Positions 1-9,312 are shown, counted from the stretch's first letter. The stretch is DNA of 64,000 nt from Planctomycetota bacterium (GCA_038212275.1 JBBQUR010000015.1:32001-96000); one strand, 5' to 3'. The notes: generated from the letters alone by a model not told the origin. Made by a program: numbers and translations.

Positions 1-99
1 CGGGATCTCGTAGATCACTTCGCTGCTGCCGGGGCGCGCAGGCACGGCGACAGGGTCGTTGCCGTTGCCGGCGTGCTTCCCGGATCGTCGTCTGGTCAT
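1..99 (-). CDS. Possible 5' end of a gene running off the window (MTRRRSGKHAGNGNDPVAVPARPGSSEVIYEIP...)
   Basis: ATG at 99, open to the window edge, co-directional with glnA; no recognisable motif. Confidence 0.3.
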   Translation of the reverse strand, partial: MTRRRSGKHAGNGNDPVAVPARPGSSEVIYEIP

Positions 100-269
100 G
101 CTGCGTTCCTCTGGCCCGGCCGCACGGGCCGCCGCGGGGTGCGCGCGGGCCGGCCGGGGCGAAGCGGCGGCAGGTGCGCCCGCATGCGGGCCAGCGTCTC
201 GCCGCGCCACCCGCTGATCGCGGATGGCGCGGCGTCGTCATCAAATCCGTCCGGCGCGAGGCTCGCGCC

Positions 270-1697
270 TCACGCGTCGTAGTACATCGCAAACTCGAGC
301 GGATGCGGCCTGGTCTTCATGATCAGGACCTCATTCTCATACTTGTACTTGAGCCAGGTAGCGATGAGTTCCTGGCTGAACACATCCCCGCGCAGCAGGA
401 ACTCATGATCCTTCTCGAGCGCGAGCAGCGCGGCCTCGAGGCTCGTCGGCGCATCCACCACCTGCGCCATCTCTTCCGGCGGCAGGTCGTAGATGTTCTT
501 GTCGAGCGGGTCTCCCGGATCGATGCGCTTCTGGATGCCGTCGAGACACGCCATCGCGATGGCCGAGAACGCGAGGTAGCCGTTGGCCAGCGGATCGGGG
601 CAGCGGAACTCGAAGCGCTTGCTGCGCGGCTCGCTGCTGAACATCGGGATGCGGATGGCCGCGCTGCGGTTGCGGCTGCTGTAGGCCAGCTTGATGGGCG
701 CTTCGAAGTGCGGCACCAGGCGGCGGTAGCTGTTCGTGGTCGGATTCGTGAACGCGATGATCGCGTGCGCGTGGCGCAGCAGGCCGCCGATGGCCCAGCG
801 GCCGGTGTCGGAGAGGCCCGCGTAGCCGCTGCCCGCGAACAGGTTGGTCTTGTTCTTCCAGATCGAGAAGTGCACGTGCATGCCCGAGCCGTTGTCGCCG
901 AAGATCGGCTTCGGCATGAAGGTGGCCGTCTTGCCGGCGCGGTGCGCGCACTGCCGCACGATGTATTTGAACCACTGCAGCTTGTCGCCCATGACGACGA
1001 GCTTGTCGTACTTCATGTCGATCTCGGCCTGGCCGGCGCACGCCACCTCGTGGTGCTGGCGCTCCATCTCGATGCCGACGCTCTCCATCGTGCGCATCAT
1101 CTCGCCGCGCAGGTCCTGCAGCTGGTCCACCGGCGGCAGCGGCAGGTAGCCGCCCTTGACGCGCGGACGGAAGCCGTGCGGCGCCGCGGTGCCGCCCGAG
1201 TTCCACGGACCTTCCTCGGAGTCGATCGCGTAGAAGGCGCCCTGCGGATTGTTGTCCCAGCGCACCGAATCGAAGATGAAGAATTCGGGCTCGGGGCCGA
1301 CGTACATCGTGTCGCCGATGCCGGTGGAGAGCAGATACTGCTCCGCGCGCCGGGCCACGCCGCGCGGATCGCGCGCGTAGTCCTCCTTGGTGATCGGGTC
1401 GACCACGTTGGCGACCATCGTCATCGTCGGTTCCGCGAAGAACGGATCGACGACCGCCGTGTTCGGGTCGGGGACGACGAGCATGTCGCTCTCGTCGATG
1501 GCCTTCCAGCCGCGGATCGAGCTGCCGTCGAAGCCGTGGCCGTCGGTGAAGCTGGCCTCATTCACCATCGTGCTGGGCAGGGTGAAGTGATTCCACTGGC
1601 CCAGCAGGTCGCAGAAGCGGATGTCGACCGCCCGGATGTTGCCCGCCTTGATCATCGCGAGCACGTCCTTGCCGGTCTTGCCTTCGTTCAGTCCCAC
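270..1697 (-). CDS. glnA: Glutamine synthetase type I (GSI-beta, with adenylylation-site Tyr)
   Basis: Motifs FDGSSI, GPEPEFFIFD, HHEVA, ATFMPKP..GDNGSGMHVH, SSRNRSAAIRIP, EFRCPD and KNIYDLPPEE; AAGGAGG Shine-Dalgarno just upstream of the GTG start. Confidence 0.97.
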   Translation of the reverse strand: MGLNEGKTGKDVLAMIKAGNIRAVDIRFCDLLGQWNHFTLPSTMVNEASFTDGHGFDGSSIRGWKAIDESDMLVVPDPNTAVVDPFFAEPTMTMVANVVDPITKEDYARDPRGVARRAEQYLLSTGIGDTMYVGPEPEFFIFDSVRWDNNPQGAFYAIDSEEGPWNSGGTAAPHGFRPRVKGGYLPLPPVDQLQDLRGEMMRTMESVGIEMERQHHEVACAGQAEIDMKYDKLVVMGDKLQWFKYIVRQCAHRAGKTATFMPKPIFGDNGSGMHVHFSIWKNKTNLFAGSGYAGLSDTGRWAIGGLLRHAHAIIAFTNPTTNSYRRLVPHFEAPIKLAYSSRNRSAAIRIPMFSSEPRSKRFEFRCPDPLANGYLAFSAIAMACLDGIQKRIDPGDPLDKNIYDLPPEEMAQVVDAPTSLEAALLALEKDHEFLLRGDVFSQELIATWLKYKYENEVLIMKTRPHPLEFAMYYDA

Positions 1698-1719
1698 TCG
1701 GTGCCTCCTTTCGGTTGTC

Positions 1720-1826
1720 GGTGTGTGTGGTGTCGTTGGATGCTGTGTCGTTGGATGCGGTGTTGCTGCATGTGCTGTCGCGAGAAGTGCTGTCGCGAGC
1801 TGTGCTGTCGGAGTCTGCTGTCGTCG
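1720..1826. repeat. Degenerate ~15-bp tandem repeats in the P-II/glnA spacer (gtgctgtcgcgagNN and tgtcgttggatgc units)
   Basis: Directly visible repeated units. Confidence 0.7.
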
Positions 1827-1857
1827 ATCGGAATCGCTGCGTGGCCGGTCGTTTCGC

Positions 1858-2166
1858 TCAGATCGCTTCGGGGCCGGTCTCCCCGGTGCGGAGGCGGATC
1901 ACGTCGTGAAGCTCCCACGTGAAGATGCGCCCGCGCTCGCCGCCGGCCTGCTCGATGGCGGACACGGCCGCCTCGACGAAGCCGTCGTTCACGCCGATCT
2001 CGATGCGGACCATCGGCTCGGGCGAGAGCTCGGAGAAGGCCACGGCGTGCATGTCCGAGACGCCGTGCACCTCGCTGACCGTCATGCGGAAGATCTCGGC
2101 ATCCGCCAGCAGCGCCGTGACCGCCGCAAGGCGCTCGGGTGCAAGGATGGCCTGGATCATGCGCAT
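1858..2166 (-). CDS. P-II family nitrogen regulator, divergent (short T-loop)
   Basis: MRMIQAILAPERL...MTVSEVHG...VRIEIGV.D...GRIF...VIRLRTGETGPEAI matches the GlnB/GlnK fold; lies directly upstream of glnA. Confidence 0.85.
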   Translation of the reverse strand: MRMIQAILAPERLAAVTALLADAEIFRMTVSEVHGVSDMHAVAFSELSPEPMVRIEIGVNDGFVEAAVSAIEQAGGERGRIFTWELHDVIRLRTGETGPEAI

Positions 2167-2542
2167 GTCGGAACCGCCGCGGGGAGCAAGGACCTGAGGA
2201 GGGCTGCCCGGCGGTCCGCATCCGGGCCTCGCGATCAGAGGTCCGGGGCCGGAATGTAGCGGAGACACGGGGCCGCCCACAATGCCGGCCGCCGCGCATT
2301 CCCGGAGCGCGCGCCGGCGCCCGACGGAATCGCGTGCAGCCGCTGGAGTTGCGCCGGAAGATGGCTACGCTTTGCGGTGCATGGTCCCGTCGCAGGCGGT
2401 GGCGGACATGCACTGCGCGCGTTGCAGCGTGCAGCCGATGGCGGCGGCCGACGAGGCGCCGTGAGGCAGAGTCGAGGTCGAGCTGCGGAGACGGACTCCT
2501 GGCTGCAGGGGTCCGGGCGAAGCCGCTCACAGGGAGGGACTC

Positions 2543-2653
2543 GTGAGATCGGACACCAGAGAGCTGGAGCTGCGCTGGGCCGCAGCAGCGTTCGTGCTGC
2601 TGGGCATCGCCGTCACGCTGACCGTTTTCAACGGACTGGCGCAGACGGGCTGA
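2543..2653 (+). CDS. Putative 36-aa single-TM small protein (MRSDTRELELRWAAAAFVLLGIAVTLTVFNGLAQTG)
   Basis: AGGGAGG Shine-Dalgarno just before a GTG; one hydrophobic helix; fills an intergenic gap; below the ORF-track cutoff. Confidence 0.5.
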   Translation: MRSDTRELELRWAAAAFVLLGIAVTLTVFNGLAQTG

Positions 2654-2672
2654 ATCGGGCGCCGGGGCCCGC

Positions 2673-4724
2673 CTAGCGCGCGGCCTCGGCGTTCATCTCC
2701 TGATTGCGGACGTGGTCGGTGTAGCTGGCCGGGTTGCTCATGCCCGTCGTGTGGCACCAGCCGGCGACGTGCCCCATCGAGTGGGCGCCGGGAAGCTGGC
2801 AGCGGGCGCGCTCCACCGTGCCGTCGTTGGGGCTGCCCAGGACGAGGTTGGTGAAGAAGCTGCACGCCGAGCCGGAGTTCTGCGTGGTCCAGTAGAAGAC
2901 CTCGCCGCGCGCCCAGCTCGGGATGCCCGCCAGCCACATCGGCGCGCCGCTGGTGGTCATGTCGTTGTTCACGCCGCAGGCGAAGAAACCCAGCGACGCC
3001 AGCGGCGTGCCCTGGTAGGGCGAGGCCAGCGACTGGATGCGCCGCGGCCCGATCGCGTAGTCCAGGCCGCTGTTGTAGTAGGTCAGCAGGTGCAGCGCGG
3101 CGAGGCCGCCCTGGCTGTGCCCGACGAAGCCGAAGGAGTCCTTGCCCGCGCCGGCCGCCGCGAGCAGCTGCGCGAAGGCGTCGTTGCTGCGGTTGGCATT
3201 CGGGTCCAGGAACTCCAGCTTCGGCGATGAGAAGTCCGCCGCCGGCCAGATGGAGCCGTTCGAGCAGTAGCCGTGCGAGAGCATCAGCGCGCGCTGCCAC
3301 GTGAAGTCCAGCAGCACGCTGCTGGTGAAGTCGGTGAGCAGCCCCGGCGACGCGCCGATGGTGACGGCCGGCGCACCGGGCAGCGGCGCGCCCAGCAGCA
3401 TCGCCGGCGTGATCGCGCCCGCGGCCTGCAGGCCCGAGGCCGGCAGCGCATTCGCCGGCAGCGCATTTGAAGGCAGGGACAGCGCCGCCAGCTCATCGAA
3501 GGGCACGTGACTGTCCGGGTCCTGCACGCGCACGCGGCGCAGCTCCAGCGGGCCGCGCGTTCCGGCGCGCGCCAGCCAGCGGCCGTCGAGATGCAGGTGA
3601 AGACTGGTGGTGCCCCACGTCTCCTCCGGCAGGCCGATCGTGGAGAGCCACGCGACAGGCACTGCCGTGCCCTGCGCGTCCGGGCCCCACACTTCGGCGG
3701 AGAGATGCAGGCGTCGCAGCGCCGTCAGCGGCTGCAGCGCGATCTCGATGTCGAGGCGCTGGTCGTCCAGCGGCGCCGCGTTGGCCCAACCACCGAGACG
3801 CACCGCCGGCTCCTCGATCACGAAGGCGTGCTGGACGCTGCGCACGAAGGCCGCCCCGCCCGTTGCTCCGCCTGCCGCGCGGCCCACCGCCCCGCCTGCC
3901 GCGCCGCCTGCTGCTCCGCTCGGTGCGCGGCCGCTCATGACCACGGCCACGCGCGTCGCGCCCGGCGGCAGCGGGCCGATCCACGCGCCAGCCACGCCGT
4001 CGCCGGGCGCGCCATCATCGTGCAGGCCGTCGTCCAGCAGCGGTTGCGTCCAGCGGCCGGCGGCGGACTCGATGCGCGCCTCGCCGAAGCCGTCGGCCCG
4101 CGCGCCCGCCGCGCCCTCCAGCGACGCGACGACGGAGAAGGCGCGGTCCGAGAGCAGCGCGGTCGTGCCGAGGTGACTGCGCAGCACGACGTCGGCGCCG
4201 CCCGCCGTGCGCACGGCGAGCCACGCCGACGACGGAGCATCGCCTGCGGCTGCGCCTGAAGCCGCGGGCGTGCGCACGCGCACGCGCCAGCTCCCCGCGT
4301 CGGCCGCGCCGAGCGCCAGCCCCACCGCGTGGCGCGGGTCGTCGGCGGCCAGTGTCTCGACGACGCGACGCGACCCTGCGTCGGCCGCCCAGCTCGCGGC
4401 GTCGCGCAGCTCGCCGCCCGGTGCGGCCAGCTCCCAGGTCCAGCTCTCCGCGCTCACGCCGAGCAGGCCCAGCGACAGCGGGCCGGCGCGCTCGACGGGC
4501 AGGTCCAGCGCCGCCACCCACTCGCCGCCCGCGCGCTGCCACGACAGCTCGAGCACCGCGCCGGTCGACGCGACCTCCAGCGCCGCAGGCTCGGGCAGCA
4601 CGACGAGCCCCGAGAGGATGTCGCTTGGCGGCGCCGCGAGATGCCGCGCCACCTGCGCGCGCGGGGCCGCAGTCAGCAGCACGAAACATCCAAGGGCGGC
4701 TGCGAGCAAGGTGTGGCGACGCAT
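2673..4724 (-). CDS. Secreted DUF4785/conditioned-medium-factor-like protein with choice-of-anchor-X-like motif and C-terminal alpha/beta hydrolase
   Basis: Signal peptide MRRHTLLAAALGCFVLL; LLDDGLHDDGAPGDGV; LMLSHGYCS; nucleophile elbow GHSQGG; SPYQGTPLA; NDG..CHT. Confidence 0.7.
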   Translation of the reverse strand: MRRHTLLAAALGCFVLLTAAPRAQVARHLAAPPSDILSGLVVLPEPAALEVASTGAVLELSWQRAGGEWVAALDLPVERAGPLSLGLLGVSAESWTWELAAPGGELRDAASWAADAGSRRVVETLAADDPRHAVGLALGAADAGSWRVRVRTPAASGAAAGDAPSSAWLAVRTAGGADVVLRSHLGTTALLSDRAFSVVASLEGAAGARADGFGEARIESAAGRWTQPLLDDGLHDDGAPGDGVAGAWIGPLPPGATRVAVVMSGRAPSGAAGGAAGGAVGRAAGGATGGAAFVRSVQHAFVIEEPAVRLGGWANAAPLDDQRLDIEIALQPLTALRRLHLSAEVWGPDAQGTAVPVAWLSTIGLPEETWGTTSLHLHLDGRWLARAGTRGPLELRRVRVQDPDSHVPFDELAALSLPSNALPANALPASGLQAAGAITPAMLLGAPLPGAPAVTIGASPGLLTDFTSSVLLDFTWQRALMLSHGYCSNGSIWPAADFSSPKLEFLDPNANRSNDAFAQLLAAAGAGKDSFGFVGHSQGGLAALHLLTYYNSGLDYAIGPRRIQSLASPYQGTPLASLGFFACGVNNDMTTSGAPMWLAGIPSWARGEVFYWTTQNSGSACSFFTNLVLGSPNDGTVERARCQLPGAHSMGHVAGWCHTTGMSNPASYTDHVRNQEMNAEAAR

Positions 4725-4787
4725 GGCAGTCTCCCGAAGCGAGCGGGCTGCCATCCTAATGCGCCTGCGCCGACCGCGCCCGCGCCT

Positions 4788-4843
4788 CTACCCGCGCCCT
4801 CACCCGCGCCCTCACCCGAGCCCGCACCCGAGCCCGCACCCGC
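4788..4843. repeat. 12-bp tandem repeat (acccgcgccctc / acccgagcccgc) in a divergent intergenic region
   Basis: Four to five degenerate units visible. Confidence 0.7.
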
Positions 4844-4975
4844 GGTCGGCGACAGCGCTCCAGCCCGCACAGCGCCCGCGTCTCTGCCCGCGCCCGGCCG
4901 CAAGCTCCGGCGCCCCGTCGGCCGATAGGGGCTGGCCGGACGCCTGCGTCGCCGCTGCGGAAACACGAGCCCACG

Positions 4976-5455
4976 ATGTCCACCTCGAACCGATGCATGC
5001 TCCTGCTCGGCGCCCTCGCGCTGGTCCTCTCGGTGGCCGGCGTGCTCGTGCCCCGCGCCGCGCCCGAGGCCGCGCCGCAGCCGTCCGCGGCACGCAGCGT
5101 CGGGACGCCCTTCGAGCTGCTGCTCTTCGGCACCTCGAATGACAGCGAACGCCTCAAGGGCGGCACGCCACCGCTGCTCGTGCATCGCGTGCCGGCCGGC
5201 GTCGAGCTCCGGCTCACGGACGTGGACGCCACGTCGGGCGGCCTCGTGCTGTGGCGGCGCTCGCAGCAGCGCCTCGTGCAGGTGGGCTTCGTCGTGGACC
5301 GCGCCGCGGTGGGCCTCGGGCAGAGTTCGCGCAGCTACGCGACGGGCATCCGCTTCGAGCCCGGCGACGAACTGCTGATCCAGGCGGCCGGCGGCGACGT
5401 GGAGTGGGCCGCGCTGCGCGGCGTCGTCGTGCCGGTGGCGCCCGCAGGCGAGTAG
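4976..5455 (+). CDS. Hypothetical exported protein
   Basis: Hydrophobic N-terminus, GC3-rich codon usage, fills the gap between genes. Confidence 0.65.
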   Translation: MSTSNRCMLLLGALALVLSVAGVLVPRAAPEAAPQPSAARSVGTPFELLLFGTSNDSERLKGGTPPLLVHRVPAGVELRLTDVDATSGGLVLWRRSQQRLVQVGFVVDRAAVGLGQSSRSYATGIRFEPGDELLIQAAGGDVEWAALRGVVVPVAPAGE

Positions 5456-5470
5456 CCGGCGCGCCGCGCG

Positions 5471-7435
5471 CTACGACGGGAAGACGAAGAACTCGAGCAG
5501 CTGCCAGCGCATGTCGTCGCCGGCCATCGCCATGAGCTGCACGAAGCGCGCCTGCACGGGCCCCAGCGCGACGTTCCACGCGTCTGTCTCCGGCGCCAGC
5601 ACGGTGAAGGGGCTCCAGCGCACGCCGTCCATCGAGGTGCGCACGCCGATGCGTTTCGGGTGGCCGAGCCACGGGAAGAACAGGAAGCCGAGGCGTCCGA
5701 TGCTGCGCGCGCCGCCGAGATCCACCGTGAGCATCGGCGGGTCCACCGCATCGAGCGGCCGCTCGAAGGCATTCCAGCCGGTGCGCGGATCGAGGTCGAT
5801 CGCCTTGCCCGCCATCGCCGGCGAGCTGTTGGAGTCCGCGGCCCATTCGCGCGCGGGGTAGCCGGTGTCGTCCAGCAGCGCGATGCGCTGGCCGTCCACG
5901 TCGCGCTCCTCGAAGACGACGCCTGCGCCGGCAAGCTGATCGAACACCGGGCCGATCGAGTGGGCGTCTTCACCGTCACGGAAGACGGCCCACGCGTGAC
6001 GTGAAGCGGCGCGGTAGCGCGCCAGCTGCGACGGGTCGCGCGGCGGCGCGGGCACGATGCGGTCGCCCGAGAGGAAGTTGATCGAGTAGCCCATCCAGTG
6101 CGGGCCGGCGAGGCCCTCAATGCCGTGCTCGTCGAGCAGCGCCATGCAGCGCTCGGGCGTGCCGCCGTGCAGATAGGCCGCAAAGGTTTCGCCCGTGTAC
6201 GCGCCGTCTCCCGTGCCGACGTGCTGCCACAGCGAGTGCAGGTTGGCGACGAGCAGCGCCGCGAACACGCAGGCCGTGAGCGCGCGCACCGCAGCCGTGC
6301 GGCGCTCCCAGCCCCACGCGACGCCCGCGCCGAAAGCGAGCGCCATCGCGGGGTAGAGCACGATCGCGAAGCGCGGCTCGGGATCCGAGCCGAAGCGCGA
6401 GAAGGCCATCGCGCCGGCGTAGTAGATCGGCACGGTGAGCAGCAGCAGTTCGCTGCCCGAACTCGCGCCCGAACTCGCGCCCGGTGCGCGGCGCCTCCCG
6501 AGGCGCAGCAGCTCCGCGAGTCCGCCGCGCTCGCGCCACAGCAGGCACGCGACCGACACCGCGAACAGCGCGGCAATCGCCCAGACCCAGGCCGGCGAGT
6601 CGCTGCCGTCGGACCACGGCGCCTGCATGCCGAGGAGCTGCGGCGGATGGCGCAGGAAGCTGTTGGAGAGCTGGAAGCCCGGGCCGCCGGGCGGGCGGTG
6701 CAGCATGAAGCGGAAGGTCTCGCCGCCGCTGAGCACGTTGCTCACGAGCAGCGGCGCCGCACCGACGAGAAAGCCGCAGCCCGCGACGACGAGCATCCCC
6801 ACGCGGTTCACGAGCTGCCGCCGCGCGATCAGGGAGATGAGCGCCGCGCCGAGGAAGGGAAAGGCCAGCAGATTGAGCCACGTGGCGAGGCCCATGAGAA
6901 CGCCGAGCCACGCCGCGCGGCTGCGGGTCGCGCCGCGCGTGCCGATCGTGTGCGCCAGCAGCAGGATCGCCAGCCCGAGCGCAAGCAGCGACGTGTAGCC
7001 GCCGCGCAGCTTCAGCGACCACTCGCTGAGCATCATCGGCGGCAGCGCGAGGTAGAGCCCCGCCGCGAAGCCGCCCGCCGCGCCGAGCACGCGGCGCGCG
7101 AGCAGATAGCCGAGCGCCACCGTGGCGAGAGCGAAGGCCAGGGCCGTGAGCTTCAGCGCCACCGCGCTCGCGCCGAACAGCGCGACAGGCAGCGCCGCGA
7201 CCCAGGCTTCCAGCGAGCCCATGTAGGGCTGGCCGTAGTAGAAGACGGGGAAGTCGGTCAGCCGCGCGATGTGCAGCGCCATGAGGCCGATCGTGCCCTC
7301 GTCGCCGTCGATGGCGAAGTCGGTGCGCAGGAGGATCGCGAGGCGCCACGCGAAGGCGAGCAGCAGCAGCAGCAGTGCCGAGGCCATCGTGCGTGTGCGG
7401 GAGGTCGTCATGTCGCGCTCGCCGGCGTGCCTCAA
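5471..7435 (-). CDS. ArnT/PMT-like (GT-C) membrane glycosyltransferase with C-terminal discoidin (F5/8 type C) domain
   Basis: DGDEG..GLMA..I and FYYGQPYMGSLE motifs; many TM helices; C-terminal KAIDLDPRTGW...LTVDLG...TSMDGVRW; TTG start overlaps the upstream stop (alternative ATG at 7411). Confidence 0.8.
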   Translation of the reverse strand: MRHAGERDMTTSRTRTMASALLLLLLAFAWRLAILLRTDFAIDGDEGTIGLMALHIARLTDFPVFYYGQPYMGSLEAWVAALPVALFGASAVALKLTALAFALATVALGYLLARRVLGAAGGFAAGLYLALPPMMLSEWSLKLRGGYTSLLALGLAILLLAHTIGTRGATRSRAAWLGVLMGLATWLNLLAFPFLGAALISLIARRQLVNRVGMLVVAGCGFLVGAAPLLVSNVLSGGETFRFMLHRPPGGPGFQLSNSFLRHPPQLLGMQAPWSDGSDSPAWVWAIAALFAVSVACLLWRERGGLAELLRLGRRRAPGASSGASSGSELLLLTVPIYYAGAMAFSRFGSDPEPRFAIVLYPAMALAFGAGVAWGWERRTAAVRALTACVFAALLVANLHSLWQHVGTGDGAYTGETFAAYLHGGTPERCMALLDEHGIEGLAGPHWMGYSINFLSGDRIVPAPPRDPSQLARYRAASRHAWAVFRDGEDAHSIGPVFDQLAGAGVVFEERDVDGQRIALLDDTGYPAREWAADSNSSPAMAGKAIDLDPRTGWNAFERPLDAVDPPMLTVDLGGARSIGRLGFLFFPWLGHPKRIGVRTSMDGVRWSPFTVLAPETDAWNVALGPVQARFVQLMAMAGDDMRWQLLEFFVFPS

Positions 7436-9312
7436 CGGTCCGCGGCGGGCTGAGCTTGCGGTGGAGCCTCTTGCGGTACCTCTGGCGGAGCGGCGGACGG
7501 AGCGGCGGGCCGGGCCGCGGGCGGCGGCAGCACGTAGCGATCGCCCGCGGCCGCGCCGTCGCCCGCAGCGCGCGCGCTGTCGTGCTGGAGGTAGCCCAGC
7601 GCGCCGAGCTGGCTGCTCAAGGCATCGTCCTTGATCGCGCCGGGCGCTGCGACGCGCCGCGCGACGGCCTCACTGTACGCACGCCGGAAGTCCTGCAGCG
7701 CGGCCGCCGCGTGCGCGTCGGAGAAATCCGGCGACGACGCGGCGTCCCGTTCGAGCCGCTCGCTGCCCAGGTCCTGCCACACGACGCGTTCCTCCGCGCG
7801 CTGCTGCTGGCCGGTGCGCTCCAGCTGCGCCTGCTGCTCGGGCGAGAGTCCGCTGCCGGAATCCAGCCAGTGCCGCTCGCGGAGGAGCTTGAGCGTGCCC
7901 GAGTAGAAGGCGTCGTCGACGTAGGCCGTCAACAGCTTGCGCTTGTCGTCGGGCTGCGCCGGGTCGAGGGCCACGGCGCCCTCCTGGAAGGCGACGAGGC
8001 GCGCCATCACCGCTCGCGGCGCAGCGTCGGCGCGCCCCTGCAGCAGCGACGCGAAGCTCGCGCCGAGCGTGGGCCGCGGCGGCGCGATGTCGAGCAGTTC
8101 GAGCAGCGTCGGGAGCACGTCCGTGTTGGAGACGAGGCCCGGCACGGAGCGGCCTTCGGGCAGTACGCCCGGCCACGCGACGATCAGCGGCACGCGCAGC
8201 ACCTCCTCGCACAGGTTGCGCTTGTGGCCGAGGCCGCCGTGCTCGAAGAACTCGTCGCCGTGGTCCGCCGTGACGATCACCAGCGTGTTCGCCGCCGCGT
8301 CCCCCAGCCCGTCGAGCAGCCGGCCGATCTGCTCGTCGGTCCACGCGATGTCGCCGTCGTAGAGCGCGAGCAGGTGGTCCAGGTCGCGCTGGCTGCAGGT
8401 CTGCGTGCGCCCCATCGGCCGCGCGGGATCGGGGACGCTGATCGCCCGGTTGCGCGGGACATTCGTGCCGTCCAGCGTGCCGCGATAGTCCGGATCGAAG
8501 CGCGTGTCGAAGGGCGCGGGCGGCACGTAGTCGTAGTGCGGGTCGAAGTAGTGCGCGAACACGAACCACGGCTGCCCCGGGCCGGCGTCCGCGCGGATCT
8601 CCTCGAGCGCCGCATCGGTGACGGCCGCAGAGCTGACGTCGCGATGCGAGAGCTCATCGATGCGACGGCCCGCCGCGCCGATGGCGGCGGCGATGCCCTC
8701 GGCGTCTGCCGGCTCTTGCGCCTGCGCCGGGGTCTGCGCTTGGGTCTGCGCCTGCACGTCTGCCTGCACGCCTGCCTGCGTCTGCGCCTTCGTCTGTGCC
8801 TCCACGAGCGCCGCGCGTTCGTTCGCGACGGCCGCGAGCTCCGGGCCGTAGCAGGTCCGGTAGACATCGAAGCCGCGGTCGAAGCCGAAGCTCGCGTCGA
8901 GGTATGGCCCCGACACGAAGCCCGCCGTGCGATAGCCCTGCTGCTTCAGCACGCCCGCAAGCGTCGGCGGTTCCGGGCCGAGACGGCTCTCGTCGATCTC
9001 GACGCCGTGCACGAGCAGCGGCTCGCCGGTCAGCAGCGAGATGTGCGACGGCAGCGTCCATGAGGTCGGCGCCAGCGCTTCCTCGAGCTTGCAGCCGCGC
9101 GCTGCCAGCGCATCGAGGTGCGGGCTTGGCGAAAGCTCCGGCGCGAACTTCGGGCGACCGCCGTAGCAGCCAAGCCTGTCGCGGCGCGTGCTGTCGAGGG
9201 AGATCAGCAGGATGTTCGGCCGGCGCGGCGCCTGGTCGGCCTCGTCCGAGACGCGCGAACAGGCCGCAGCCAGCAGGCAGCACGAGAGGGCGAGGGCGAG
9301 GGAAGCACGCAC
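7432..9312 (-). CDS. Sulfatase/alkaline-phosphatase-superfamily lipoprotein (Thr at the nucleophile position)
   Basis: Lipobox-like LAAAC; NILLISLDSTRRD, SWTLPSH.SLLTG, HYFDPHYDY, TADHGDEF.EHG motifs. Confidence 0.85.
   Translation of the reverse strand: MRASLALALSCCLLAAACSRVSDEADQAPRRPNILLISLDSTRRDRLGCYGGRPKFAPELSPSPHLDALAARGCKLEEALAPTSWTLPSHISLLTGEPLLVHGVEIDESRLGPEPPTLAGVLKQQGYRTAGFVSGPYLDASFGFDRGFDVYRTCYGPELAAVANERAALVEAQTKAQTQAGVQADVQAQTQAQTPAQAQEPADAEGIAAAIGAAGRRIDELSHRDVSSAAVTDAALEEIRADAGPGQPWFVFAHYFDPHYDYVPPAPFDTRFDPDYRGTLDGTNVPRNRAISVPDPARPMGRTQTCSQRDLDHLLALYDGDIAWTDEQIGRLLDGLGDAAANTLVIVTADHGDEFFEHGGLGHKRNLCEEVLRVPLIVAWPGVLPEGRSVPGLVSNTDVLPTLLELLDIAPPRPTLGASFASLLQGRADAAPRAVMARLVAFQEGAVALDPAQPDDKRKLLTAYVDDAFYSGTLKLLRERHWLDSGSGLSPEQQAQLERTGQQQRAEERVVWQDLGSERLERDAASSPDFSDAHAAAALQDFRRAYSEAVARRVAAPGAIKDDALSSQLGALGYLQHDSARAAGDGAAAGDRYVLPPPAARPAAPSAAPPEVPQEAPPQAQPAADR

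Noticed and set aside
1710..1850. glnA (glutamine) riboswitch
   Set aside because: No recognisable conserved structure; the sequence is simple tandem repeat.
174..1922. 582-aa plus-strand ORF and many similar long ORFs (e.g. 13765-16566, 30658-33684, 55442-58324)
   Set aside because: Antisense or off-frame shadows of real genes, expected at this GC; Arg/Ala-rich with no motifs.
2361..2376. tggctacgctttgc as a sigma-54 promoter
   Set aside because: GG-to-GC spacing is 9 rather than 10 nt, and it is on the wrong strand for P-II/glnA.
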